Source: Eledone cirrhosa
Taxonomy: Eukaryota
Direction of reading: 5' to 3'
NCBI GenBank assembly: GCA_964016885.1
Contig: OZ024743.1
Location: forward strand, 34,224,001 to 34,288,000
Length of the DNA stretch: 64,000 nt
Under the pieces are notes generated by a model. The model did no database searches and was not told where the DNA came from. It saw nothing but the letters and a program-made list of their open reading frames with translations. The position numbers and the translations under genes are program-made. Below are positions 13,700-26,147 of the stretch, piece by piece. The stretch's first letter is position 1; each line of letters starts with the position of its first letter.

Positions 13700-14815
13700 C
13701 TCCCCTCCAGGTGGATAGGTACTGGGACGAAGTAATGAAGACCCTCTTACACTGAAATAGGCATAGAGGAAGCTAATCCTCAAAGTTCGGGTGGAGGTGG
13801 CGAACGCGTACATCGCGTCTGTCAACTATTACCATCTGACCATCGGGTCTCGCCCTTGTCCACGCCGAACTAGATCGGAGGACTTGCTGTTTCACTTCTG
13901 GTGGAAGGGACAGTTTCCACCGGTACGGTGATCCATCTGCTGCCAACAGCCTTCGTACGGAGGGCTGGACATGCCGTGGCTGATGATGCGCAAAAAGGTG
14001 TTGAGGCTACAGCATCTGAAGATATTCTTAAACAGTGTACAAGTGTGGTCACCATTTGTCAGCCAAGTCTTACCGTAACTCGTCTCTTTGATTGAGTTGC
14101 AGTCGTGGGTTAAGCAAAGACTGTGACTAGGCGTCAAGCATCTGGAATGTCAGGTGCTCAGAGAACCTTTCTTAACGGGTAATGCAGTCAGTGGAAATCC
14201 AATCTAGCGTTCTATAGATGACACTAGGTGCTAACGAGAACGAATTAGCCAGTTTGTCCCGGAGAACTTTCGGTCTGGGAACAATGGAATTTTTTTTTTA
14301 AATCCCTGGCCTGGAACAAAAATGCTGTCATACAGAGCTATCGAAGATGTACATAGAATGACGAAACCTTTCTGCACGCATTGGTCCTATGTCCGGATAT
14401 TGCTGACTTCTGGAGTTTTGTTGAACAACAATTGTCGCGTGTATGATATATCCAGCAATCGACTGACTCCATCGTGAAAATCGCCTGACTGCTTTCTTTT
14501 GGCCGAGAAGGGCAAGCAGTTTTCCTTTGTCTGCTGGCCGTAGCGAAGGAGGCTGTGTGGTGGGCGCGACTGAAAGGACTGAAGACAAATCGTTTCCCCT
14601 TCGGCCAGGCCCTCATCAACGTTTCCAAGTTTCAATTAGAAAGGAAGGTGAGGGTGAAGAGGGAAGTGCTATCTCCCACAACATTTGTTAAAATGTGGGT
14701 GAATGTAGCGAGGATCGCCCCAATGAATGGTTCCTACTCTGAACATGTACCTGTAGGCTGAAGAGTCCCCACTTTTTTATTGTCCTTTATGTTTCGGCCC
14801 TAATGGCCAATAAAG
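13700..14815 (+). mobile_element. Decayed L1/Tx1-type LINE, 3' part of ORF2
   Basis: Broken frames read RKLILKVRVEVANAYIAS, FWWKGQFPPVR*SICCQQPSYGGLDMP, ETFLHALVLCPDIADFW (CCHC knuckle region) and LLAVAKEAVWWAR; ends at aataaagaaatt. Confidence 0.75.
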
Positions 14816-14838
14816 AAATTATTATTATCATTATTAGT

Positions 14839-15057
14839 AGGGCAGTGGATTGGCAGTAACATTACAGCATCAGACATTATGGTTTGCGGCATAGAGTTAC
14901 GGCCCTTTACGGTCTGAGTTCAAATCCCGCTGCGGTTAGCTTTGCCTTTTATCCTTACAGGGTTGATAAAAATAAAGTACCAGTAATGCACTGGGGTCGA
15001 TTTAATCGATTTCCCCTTCCCCTAAAATTGCTGGCCTTGTGCCTATACTAGAAATCA
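14839..15057 (+). mobile_element. Major tRNA-SINE family, full-length copy (long-tail variant)
   Basis: ggcagtggattggcag head, B-box-like gagttcaaatcc, body ending ctggccttgtgcc...gaaa + (ATT)n. Confidence 0.85.
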
Positions 15058-15602
15058 TTATTGTCATTATTGCTGTTGTTTAATGGACAAGAATTGCAGA
15101 ATTTAACCCACTTTGGTGTTCTAAACTTTGGAATAAAACAATATTTTGATAGTCACTGTCGGGTACCCCCACTACTCTCTCCGTCTCTCTATCTGTCTGT
15201 CTCTTCCTCTTTCTCTCATACACACATAGCCTCTCGCTCTCCCCCTCACACACTCACACTCTCTCCCTTTATCTCACTCTCTTTCGCTCTCCCTCTTTAA
15301 ATGTTTTAGTTTTTCTACTTTCATTCTTTTCTCGATTACGTGCTGTTTTCTCTGCTTTTATAATTTATTCCTATATATTTTTTCTTTCTTCTATATTTAA
15401 CTCAAAATCTTTTCTGACACCCAGCAAAGTATCAAGTCTTCTAAAGTGTTTCTTTCATCATATTTATTGTCTATTGGTTTATAGAAAGGAAAAGATGAAA
15501 GCAGCATATCGTCAATTCGGACCAAGAATAAAATGTTTCCATTGGTCTTACCATTGTTGATACTATCAGTCATTTACACCTTCTGTAAGAAAAAGACAAG
15601 AT

Positions 15603-15806
15603 TTAAACGTTTAGCATTTAAACCGGCCATATCCGGCCAAAGTTCTCTCACCGCTTTCTGGCTTTAACCGGCCACTCATACTGACGATAAAGTATTTTTC
15701 TCAAAATAAATAATATCAAAATCTCATAGATTCAATATTATGAGTTGAAGCCTTTACCATGAAAATACAATAGTAAATATAGAGTAATGTGAATGCTAAA
15801 GGTTAA
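15603..15806. mobile_element. piggyBac-type MITE
   Basis: TTAA-acgtttagcatt ... aatgctaaagg-TTAA: imperfect TIRs bounded by TTAA. Confidence 0.65.
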
Positions 15807-16075
15807 ACACACAAAACACAGAACCGAGTCAGATACCACAAGGCAGCCTAATCGACGCTGTGACAATTCCACAGCTCCCAGATGGGTACATTAACTCCCA
15901 AAGGATGAAAGACAGAGTTCATACCGACATCCAGTCATTGCAAGATAACCATGTCGTCTTTCACGACAGGAAAATCTCCCACAAAGATGGCGACGATGAT
16001 GAAGAAGAAGAAGAAGAAGAAGAAGAAGAAGAAGAAGAAGAAGAAGAAGAAGAAGAAGAAGAAGAAGAAGAAAAT

Positions 16076-16891
16076 AATTGTTTCTACTTTTGGCACAAGG
16101 CCAGCAATTATTCCAGTGTATTACTTGGTACTTTATTTTATCAACACCGTAAGGATGAAAGGCAAAGTTAACCTCGGCGGGAGTTGAACCCAGACCATAA
16201 AGGGCCGTAACTCCATGCTGCAAAGCATGCGTCCGATCCTTTACCGATACTGCCAATCCACGAAGAAGAAAATAATATAATGCAATAATATTTTTTTTTC
16301 ATTATATCCACAAGAGCGAAGGGCGGGAAGATAAAGTGGAAGGGAACAAACACAAAAGGAGGAATAACAAATACGAAAGATATGGAGAATGAGATTTAGA
16401 GAAAAACTAAGTAACAGGAGAAGGAGAAGGAGAAGATGATATGGGGGTGAGGAAATGGGTGGTGGTGGGGAAGAGATGGGGGATGGGGTGGAAGAGGTGA
16501 TGGCTGGAGAAGAGATGGGTGACTGTGGGGATAAGATGTCCTGCCTATATGTATTTTAAACCTGGTGGAGTTAAGGCCTCTCTAAATCACAGCCGATTTC
16601 TCCAAGAAAGAAGTAAAGAAAGAAAGAAAGTGAAAGAAAGAAAGAGAGATAGAGACAGAAAGAGAAAGAAAGATATTTCTTTATTAATAATTGTTTCTAC
16701 GTTTTGCACAAGGCCAGCAATTACCCCAGTGCATTACTGGTGCTCTATTTTATCGACCCCGTAAGGACTAAAGGCAAAGTTAACTTCGGCGGGATTTGAA
16801 CTCAGAAAATAAAGGGTCATAATTCTATGCCGCAAAGGATGGTGTCTGACGCTTTACCGATATTGCCATAGGTAGATAGATAGATAGATAT

Positions 16892-16926
<35 letters not shown>

Positions 16927-17735
16927 CATAAATAGATAGATACATAGATAGATATATAGATAGAGAAATACAGAAAAAGAAAAGTGAAAAGGAAAATGAG
17001 AGCGTCTGGTAAGAGTGGAGGGTAGCAGATGAAATAGTGAGGTAGTGTGACTGATGTAGTACTGATATATAGTAGAAGATTAATTTCTAGGTTAGACCTA
17101 GAGTTTCATTGATGATCTAATACTATTTCTCCATCTGCTGATAACGTCAATTGGCCATAACCAAAGGGAGTCTCGAGTCGCTAAAAACATCACCACACCC
17201 ATTCTTTCAGAAACGGGTATTGCGAAGTAGTTCTAAACCCAGGCGGACTTTTATGTAATTACCTGGGAAAAATCACCAAATTAAATCAACGCCCTAAAGC
17301 TTCTAAGATATGTTATCATTTAGTGTTATTCATTTTAACAGAAACAGAAAGATCATCATCATCATCATCATAATCATCATCATTATCATCATTATTATTA
17401 GGTTAACTTTGCCTTTCATCCCTACGGGGTCGATAAAATAAAGTACCAGCATGTACTGGGGTAATTGCTGGCCTTGTGCCAAAAAGTAGAAAGATTTATC
17501 ACTATTATTGTTGTTGTTAAGGCGGTGGATTATCAGTATCGGTAGAGGGTCGGGCGACATGCTTTGTAGCATAGATTTCCGGCGCTTTATGACCTGAGTT
17601 CAAATCCCGCCGAGGTTAACTTTGCCTTTCATCCTTACGGGGTCGATAAAATAAAGTACTAGTCACGTACTGTGGTCGAGTTAATCAACTTTCCCCTCCT
17701 CCAAAATTGCTGGCCTTGTGCCTATATAAGAAACC
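16076..17735. mobile_element. Cluster of major tRNA-SINE copies (16076-16260 -, 16688-16868 -, 17400-17492 +, 17520-17735 +)
   Basis: Shared core gaggttaactttgcctttcatccttacggggtcgataaaataaagtaccag. Confidence 0.85.
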
Positions 17736-18161
17736 ATTATTATTATTATTATTATTGTTGTTGTTATTTCGTTTCTTGAGAGAACGTGTTACATCACTCC
17801 GTAAGTTTGTTCCGTGTTTGTTTTTCGAACACGCCCCTCGATGTTTTTGAAAAAAGATGACACATGAGGAATTTCTTCTGTAAACAAGAGTAGCCAGCTG
17901 TCCATTAAATGGAACAGCCGAAGTTCAATTAATTCAGAAAGCAGCGAAAACAGCAGCAGCAGCAGCAACACCATCAACAACAACTAAAATGACGATGACA
18001 ACAACAATGACAACAACAACAACACACGCACAGAGCACTAAAATGCATGAAATCTTTGAAATCTATGATATGTATATATACCCCCCACTCTCAAACGTGA
18101 AACTAAAATACCATACCATTTGTACTGCCTCTCTGTTTTTTTGTTCTCTGTTCATTTATTC

Positions 18162-18224
<63 letters not shown>

Positions 18225-18276
18225 AGAGTTCTATTTAAATTGTTGGGATACAACAAGCAAATATTTTTATAACTGA

Positions 18277-19166
18277 CTAGCATTAAAGCCCGGCGTTGCT
18301 CGGGGTCATTAAGTTACCAAAGTTAGGTTGCACCACCCATTTTATGGCAGCACTTTTTTGTCTGCCAGGCACTGGGTGAATGAATTGCAGACCTGGAAGC
18401 ATGAGCTGCGCCAGCAGTGACAATTGTAGTTTCGCCTATGGATATTTTTCTGTGCAAAAAAGTGTTGAAATGTATTGTTTCACAGTACTTGCGCAACACG
18501 CGCGTAGACGATGCCAGCCGAACAACAGAGCTGCGATGGAGTTGTTCTGCATGGTTGTCTGTGTGTTTTCTAAATTTAAGACAGTAGGGAGGGTTGTGAT
18601 ATGAGGGAGAGTTAGCTGTTGTTTCTAGCAGGTTTAGTGACCTCATAGAGGATATGTGTTTTCTAAATTTAAGACAGTAGGGAGTGGTGTGATATGGGGG
18701 AGAGTTAGCTGCTGTTTCTAGCAGGTTTAGTGACCTCATAGAAGATATGTTTTCTAAATTTAAGACAGTAGGGAGGGGTGTGATATGGGGGAGAGTTAGC
18801 TGCTGTTTCTAGCAGGTTTAGTAACCTCATAGAGGATATGTGTTTTCTAAATTTAAGACAGTAGGGAGTGGTATGAACGGACAGTATCACCATCAAGCTT
18901 GGAAAGAGAAAGTAGCAGAAAGTATGAAGTTGTATAGATTTTGAATGGTAGTAGAAAGAGTTCAGCAGTTTAAATGAGAGAGAAAAATCGTAAAATATTG
19001 AGTTTTATCTATTTTTGGCGTAATTGTGGGTGAAATTGAAAAAATTATCTGCGTCAAGACGCAATCGAAACTATTTCGAATACTGAATTGTAACTTTCAA
19101 TTGAAGAAATTCTATATCGTAGATTTCTATAACGAAGGAGCATGGCCACACACTGAGGTTTATAGA
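18277..19166 (-). mobile_element. Non-autonomous Helitron with an internal ~92-bp tandem array
   Basis: Minus strand starts A|TC at 19166 and ends with a subterminal hairpin (cccgagcaacgccggg) then CTAG|T at 18277; about 3.3 tandem units at 18562-18872. Confidence 0.75.
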
Positions 19167-19276
19167 TTATGATATAAAGCACTCGACAAGTATTTGGAGC
19201 AAATATACGATATTAACAAATCGAAACTATATTTATAAACTATATTTATAAATATAGTTTCCATTTGTTAATATCG

Positions 19277-19458
<182 letters not shown>

Positions 19459-19612
19459 AAACACTGTGTCAGTCTGAATCTCCCTGCAGATTACGTTCAG
19501 GGTACGCGTGTCTGTGAAATGCTCAGCCACTTGCACCTTCATTTTATGAGCAGGCTGTTCCGTTGATCGGATCAACTGGAATACTCGTCGTCGTAACCGA
19601 CAGAGTGCATGA

Positions 19613-19679
<67 letters not shown>

Positions 19680-19680
<1 letters not shown>

Positions 19681-19974
19681 CATAAGAAACGGAGAAGCAG
19701 TGGTGCGACGAATTCAAATTTATTAGACATATTACAATCGTTTCTCTGGCGACCAGCACGAGGCACGATCGATGCGATGATCGAACCTGACTCTGAAATC
19801 GCAAGATCCTCGATCATGCCTCGAGCTGGTCGCCAGAAAACGATTGTAATATGTCTAATAAATTTGAATTCGTCGCACCACTGCTTCTCCGTTTCTTATG
19901 TGATATTATACTCTGCTCTCTAAGAGCATCTAGTGCTCAAACGGCCTGCCGCATACGGATGCTTTAAGCATCCC

Positions 19975-19980
<6 letters not shown>
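19680..19980 (+). mobile_element. TA-flanked fold-back element (arms ~90 bp, unique 3' tail)
   Basis: 19680-19770 is the reverse complement of ~19812-19901; tail 19902-19980; (TA)n on both sides. Confidence 0.8.
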
Positions 19981-20010
<30 letters not shown>

Positions 20011-20014
<4 letters not shown>

Positions 20015-22960
20015 GTTCAAGAGTAACCAATCTTAAAGAGAGAGATGGAGATAGGAGAGGAGATAGGAGAGGAGAAGAGAGATTGGTGAATTAGTTAGAA
20101 GCCAAATGGTAAAGGCTCAATGTGCAATATGCAGTGGAAGGCAGCTAGGTGGCTGGGTTCATGCAGAGGTTAGGTGCACAGAGCTGGAAATATTCATTAG
20201 TTAAGCAAAACAAGACCACAAATTTCACAAGGAAGACATTATTAAAAGATTGTCAACATAGTTTTAGTTTGATGTAAGGAATGTAGAGAATAATAATAAT
20301 AATATTAATAATAATAATGTCCATTTACAATTGTTTCGCTAGTCCATATAATGTTTCTGGATCAAATGATTATAGATCATTATTGATCTGGTTCAGTTGA
20401 AAATAATTAACTTATGTAAAAATAGAGCAGCTCATCGGAACTTCAAAAGGAATATAAATTAAAATAATGAGAGAATATTACATGAATGTAATGTTCCATA
20501 TATTGGTATTTCACTATGGTGTCCTGGGTATATCTATTGTCTGCCATAGTCGAGCAGTATTCTTCTGTCGAGACTGCATTGTGTGAGATCTGCCTATGGG
20601 TAACAAGATGGCCACCAATGAACATATTTACCTTACTAATTAGAGGGTGGTTTCAGGGAAAGTAACTCCTCGAGAAATTAGAAATTGTGGGTAGTTTATA
20701 TTTAAGAAGTGCTAATTTTTTTATTTTTTAATTGAAAGACGATGTAAGGGAGGTAACTTATAATTATCTAAGTTAGCTATAACTATTTAACTTATTAGTT
20801 ACAAGTAAAAATTGGGCTAGATGACTATGTTGGGTCAAATATTCTGTTGGCGAAGGAATTACCCCTTCGATGTTGACAGCTAATAGTTACCTCCGTTCTA
20901 TCGTTAATCGGTAGAGGTCGTGATAGAGTTATGTAATATGCTTCGGTATGACAGAGGTCACAATAGTTTCTTCGTCCATTGAACGGTTGGGCCCTAGCCA
21001 AGATATCCCATGTTAGTGGGTGTTCAATGTTGGTTAATTTAAGGTTTTTAATGAGCCTAGCTAGAGATGTCGAACATCTGTTATTAGGGTCTCGGAAGGA
21101 AACAGAGTCCGCGTTATAGCGTACCTTAAAAGGGTTAGAGGTAGACCCGATATAGGAGCTGGTATGCGAAACAGTTTTAATCGTGCACCTGTAAACTATA
21201 TTGGGTGTCAGGCAATGTCCATTTAGTGGGCATGCATTAGGGTAACGGTAGTTGCACTTACTTCTACGGTTAGTGAGAGTAGGGTTGTTTAACTTAAGCG
21301 GTTGGTCAGTGCTAGAAGGATTATATGGGGAAGGTGTGCTACTATAGTAAGTATTGGTGTAGTAGCGTTGTGTATTTTATGGGCGTGGTGGCACCGCGGT
21401 GTGGGAGGTTTACTGTCTTAGTTTATGATGGTTACTGAATGCGATGTGGCTAGCTAGGTTAAGTGTTGTGGAGAATGAAATTTTAATGTTGTTTTTATTA
21501 AAGAGTTTGTAATATCTATCGCTGGAGGGGGGTGTTAAGATAGAATAGAGAAGAAGCGTTTAGGGGTATTAGTGGCTAGATTAAATGAGGATTGGGGGTT
21601 AAGCCAGGTGATATTTCTAGGCCTATTCCTTCTAGGGGTTCTAGTGGAGTTGGTAGGGGCCTTCATCGGGTTATTAATACCTGGACATTTGTTATTTGTC
21701 ATCCCATTGCTCATTCCTATTCTAGGGTTGATTTTTAGTTTGCTACTTGGAGTGGGAAGCAGGCTATTGCCACCATTAAGGTTCCCTGTATAAGTGTTGT
21801 TTCTGCTAAAATTCCGGCGAATATGGCTATATGCTAAGGTATTTCTAGTTCTAGTGTTAAGTTTATTATGGTTGTGGTGAAGTGCTGTGTTATGGCATTT
21901 AGGTATGTAGTAAATGGACTGTTCATAACCAGATTCAGAAAGAGCCTTATTATAATATGCCGCATGGTTTATAAATATATCCTCATTTGCTGATAACATG
22001 GAGATCCTATACAAGATTTGATTACTGCTCTGATGACTGCCGGTGAGTGGTTAGAGTGTGTAAGTATTTTCACCTGGTTTATGATAAGGGTAATATAGGT
22101 TATTGTTAAGATCCAGGGAAACGTCTAGGAAGTTTACTACTTTATGGTTCGGCTCGATGGTGATGGAGAGACCGTTATTTTAAAAGAATCTATGTAATTG
22201 TACTTTGAGCAAGTCAATGCCTCGATTAGTGCAATTGTGGACTGCAAATAGGGCGTCCTCCCTATATATTCCGCCTTGCAAGGTTTGGATTTCAGCTCTG
22301 ATGTTATGTAATAGGTAAATTCCAACTAAATCGGGGATTTGCGCAGAGTCACTTGAGCCCATTGTGATGTCAAAGTTGTCTGTTCTGTCTTTTCTAGTCC
22401 AGAGTGCTCAGTTGAATTCAATGATGGTCTGCCTAGCAATAAGTATGATGTCAATCTCATTATTGGTTATGTCAGAGTTGGTGCTGGCTAGGGTTAATGC
22501 TTTGTTGAGCAGTGCGGGGTTATTGAAGCGTAATAGCTGTCAATGTCAAATTGGAGGAACCTCATAGATTCCTTGGACCTTAGATCGGAGAACCATCTAA
22601 TGACTTGGCCGGTGTTGGACCACAGCTTGTAGCTGATATCACCTCGTAGACCAGGCATGATCCTATCAAGGATGTTCTTACTGATACGACCCAAGTCGGA
22701 TGTGGTTGGGCTTATAAGTCTAATAGATGGGTTCTCTATAAAGTTAGCTTGTGATCCTTGAGAGAAAACCTTGGGGTTGTAGGTACATAAGGGTGGGTAA
22801 ATTTATCCAGATGCAAGTCCTTAACCAAAGCCTGGGCTTTTCGGTTAAGTAAATTTACACTGGAGGGTATAGTATTTTTATAGTTTTTATTAAGTTCATT
22901 AATGGAGTTTAGATTTATTACAAGCCTTTACAACTGTTTCTCAAACCCATATTCATGGTA
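20011..22960 (-). mobile_element. Penelope-like element, Neptune type (decayed RT + Cys linker + GIY-YIG endonuclease + terminal repeat)
   Basis: Frameshifted peptides MRFLQFDIDSYYASI, MGSSDSAQIPDLVGIYLL, GGIYREDAL, RNITWLNP, CPLNGHCLTPNIVYRC...SYIGST, CDLCHTE; ends at (TA)n. Confidence 0.9.
20323..20441 (-). ncRNA. Hammerhead in PLE terminal repeat, long stem II
   Basis: Minus strand: gtt-CCGATGA-gctgctc...[~85 nt]...tagc-GAAAC-AATT-GTA-aat; palindromic stem III ACAATTGT; the inverted copy has gagtagc, which pairs fully with gctgctc. Confidence 0.65.
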
Positions 22961-23055
22961 ACTTGGAGATTTCTTTGGTGAATATCCGTACTCCATCGGA
23001 TTTAAACATAAACAGTTTGTGCTACATCCGTTCTCTCTCTCTCTCTCACTCTCTC

Positions 23056-23146
<91 letters not shown>

Positions 23147-23165
23147 ATATCTATATATATATATA

Positions 23166-23543
23166 TGTAAGAATATTTTCGAAACAGCGAGTTGATTTGA
23201 AATTATTAGAAATGTTAGCTATCGCCGTATTTTGGCTAAAGAAATTAAAGAAATTATTTAGCCTGATAGTGGGGTTAAGAACCCTCGGAGAAATGGAAAA
23301 AGATGAGTATTGACGTAGATGGGAGTCGAACCCACATCTTTGGTTATCCGGACCACTGTGCTACCATTTACACCAAATGGTAGCACAGTGGTCCGGATAA
23401 CCAAAGATGTGGGTTCGACTCCCATCTACGTCAATACTCATCTTTTTCCATTTCTCCGAGGGTTCTTAACCCCACTATCAGGCTAAATAATTTCTTTAAT
23501 TTCTTTTGCCAAAATACGGCGATAGCTTACATTTCTAATAATA
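23166..23543 (-). mobile_element. Fold-back element with a tRNA-like head (~170-bp near-perfect arms)
   Basis: 23197-23369 is the reverse complement of 23375-23543 around the loop acacc; contains D-arm/A-box ggtgtaaatggtagcac and B-box GGTTCGACTCC. Confidence 0.8.
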
Positions 23544-23696
23544 ATTGTTTCTACTATTGGCACAAGGCCAGAAATTACGCAGTACATTACTGGTACTTTA
23601 TTTTATCGACCTCGCAAGGATGAAAGGCAAAGTTAACCTCGGCGGGATTTGAACTCAGAATGGCAAGCGCCTAACTCTATTTCTAATAATAATAAT

Positions 23697-23771
<75 letters not shown>

Positions 23772-23779
<8 letters not shown>

Positions 23780-24436
23780 AAAAAAGTGCTGCGGGGTTGC
23801 TAATGGGTTACATATGAATAAAGTTAGTCCTTCATCAGTGATCTTCCAACCATCATTGGTATTTCATCGCTTTAAAGACCATATACCTCCGGTTGGTGCC
23901 AGCAACGGCTAAAAAAAAGTCGTTGGGACACGTAAATAAAGGGAACACGAGTGTAAACAAACAAAAATGGGGTAGCAACGAAAAGTGAGGAAGAAGGAGT
24001 CAAGTCCCAAATTTCTATTAATTTTTATTCGGTGAAATCGTGAACGAGAGAGAATAAAGACCATCAAACCTGGTTGGAATGTAAGCAAGGGAGGAATTCC
24101 ATACAGGTCTAACGGGAGGAAGAAGGTATCTAGTCTGTGATTTCGGTGAACGTAAGTTCTGTGAAATCGTAGACGAGAGAGAGAAAAAAAGCGACCTGCC
24201 AGACCAAGGGTGCGAAAGAAAAGAATTACGCACAGGTCAAACGGGAAGAAGGAGGAGGAGGAGAGGTAGTAACAGAGAATGAGTGAGTGAAGGGTGAGGA
24301 AGAGGCTAACAGAGAGAGTGACTGCTAGAGAGGGTAAAGATACAGAGAAAGAGGAAGCAGTAAGAACGAAATAGACGTGTAACAGCGGGGAAAAAAATGT
24401 GTAAATATGAGAAAAACGTGCTGCGGGGTTGCTAAT
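23772..24436 (-). repeat. Repeat unit with terminal direct repeat (probable terminal repeat of another PLE family)
   Basis: gaaaaa.gtgctgcggggttgctaat at ~23780 and ~24410; related short TA-flanked copy at 48586-48671. Confidence 0.5.
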
Positions 24437-25469
24437 CCTTCCGAGACCCTAACAACAGATGTTCGACATCTCTAGCTAGGCTCATTAAAAACCTTAAATT
24501 AACCAACATTGAACACCCACTAACATGGGATATCTTGGCTAGGGCCCAACCGTTCAATGGACGAAGAAACTCTTGTGACCTCTGTCTTACCGAAGCATAT
24601 TACATAACTCTATCACGACCTCTACCGATTAACGATAGAACGGAGGTAACTATTAGCTGACAACATCGAAGGGCTAATTCCTTCGCCAACAGAATATTTG
24701 ACCCAACATAGTCATCTAGCCCCATTTTTACTTATAGCTAATAAGTTAAATAGTTATAGATAACTTAGATAATTATAAGTTACCTCCCTTTCACTGTCTC
24801 CCAATTAAAACATTTAAAAATTAGCACTTCTTAACTATAAACTACCCACAATTTCTAATCTCTCGAGGAGTTACTTCCCCTGAAACCACCCTCTCATTAG
24901 TAAGGTAAATATCTCCATTGGCGGCCATCTTGTTACCCAGAGGCAGATCTCACACAATGCAGCCTCGACAGAACAATACTGCTCGACTATGGCAGACAAT
25001 AGATATACCCAGGACACCATAGTGAAATACCAATATATGGAACATTACATTCATGTAGCATTCTTTCCTTATTTTAATTTTTATTCCTTTTGAAAGGCAA
25101 AGTCAACCTCGGCGGGATTTTAACTCAGATCGTAAAGGGACGTAACTATGCTGGAAAGCATGGCGTCCGACCCTCCACGGATACTGCCAATCCACCGCCC
25201 TGAACCAGATCAATAATGATCTATAATCATTTGATCCAGAAATATTATATGGAGTAGCGAAACAATTGTAAAAGGTTAACTTTGCCTTTCACCCTTACGG
25301 GGTCGATAAAATAAAGTACCAGTAATGCACTGGGTAATTGCTGGCCTTGTGCCTAAAGTAGAAACAATTATTATTATTCTCTACATTCCTTACATCAAAC
25401 TAAAATATTTTGACAATCTTTTAATAATGTCTTCCTTGTGAAATTTGTGGTCTTGTTTTGCTTAACTAA

Positions 25470-25473
<4 letters not shown>
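24437..25473 (+). mobile_element. Inverted duplicate of the PLE 3' region (endonuclease end + terminal repeat)
   Basis: Reverse complement of ~20191-21098 with scattered substitutions and two SINE-derived replacements (25094-25200, 25273-25370); ends in (TA)n. Confidence 0.9.
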
Positions 25474-25557
<84 letters not shown>

Positions 25558-25865
25558 TGTGTGTGCATGTGTTTGCGTGTATCCATACTTGATTGCATTG
25601 GGGTATTTACATGTATACACCGAATTGTTTGTTACTTTCCATAAATAGTCTGAATGATTACTTCTGTAATATCCTTTTCATTACCCGTTTCCAGTGCATA
25701 ACGTACTTTAATGTCATCACCCTTGGTCCCTGTAGAATTATGTTGTGGTGTGTGTGTGTGTTTATTAAAATCGGTTTGAGATTATTCTATGTAACACTTG
25801 TGCCGTGCTTGGCAGTTCTCTCTCTTGCGTATGTTGTGTATGCATCAGCTCGGTGGTTGTTTTTG

Positions 25866-25929
<64 letters not shown>

Positions 25930-25950
25930 CAAAAACAACCACCGAGCTGA

Positions 25951-26023
<73 letters not shown>

Positions 26024-26090
26024 ATATATATATGTATATATACATGTATGTACATATATATATATATACATATGTATGTACTTATATATG

Positions 26091-26147
<57 letters not shown>

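Noticed and set aside
23312-23433. Functional tRNA gene
   Set aside because: The 5' acceptor strand is lost at the fold-back, the anticodon loop lacks U33, and it is embedded in a longer repeat; treated as a SINE-like head.
23835-23900. Hammerhead around minus-strand CTGATGA at ~23831-23837
   Set aside because: Could not place GAAA, stem III and an NUH triplet consistently.
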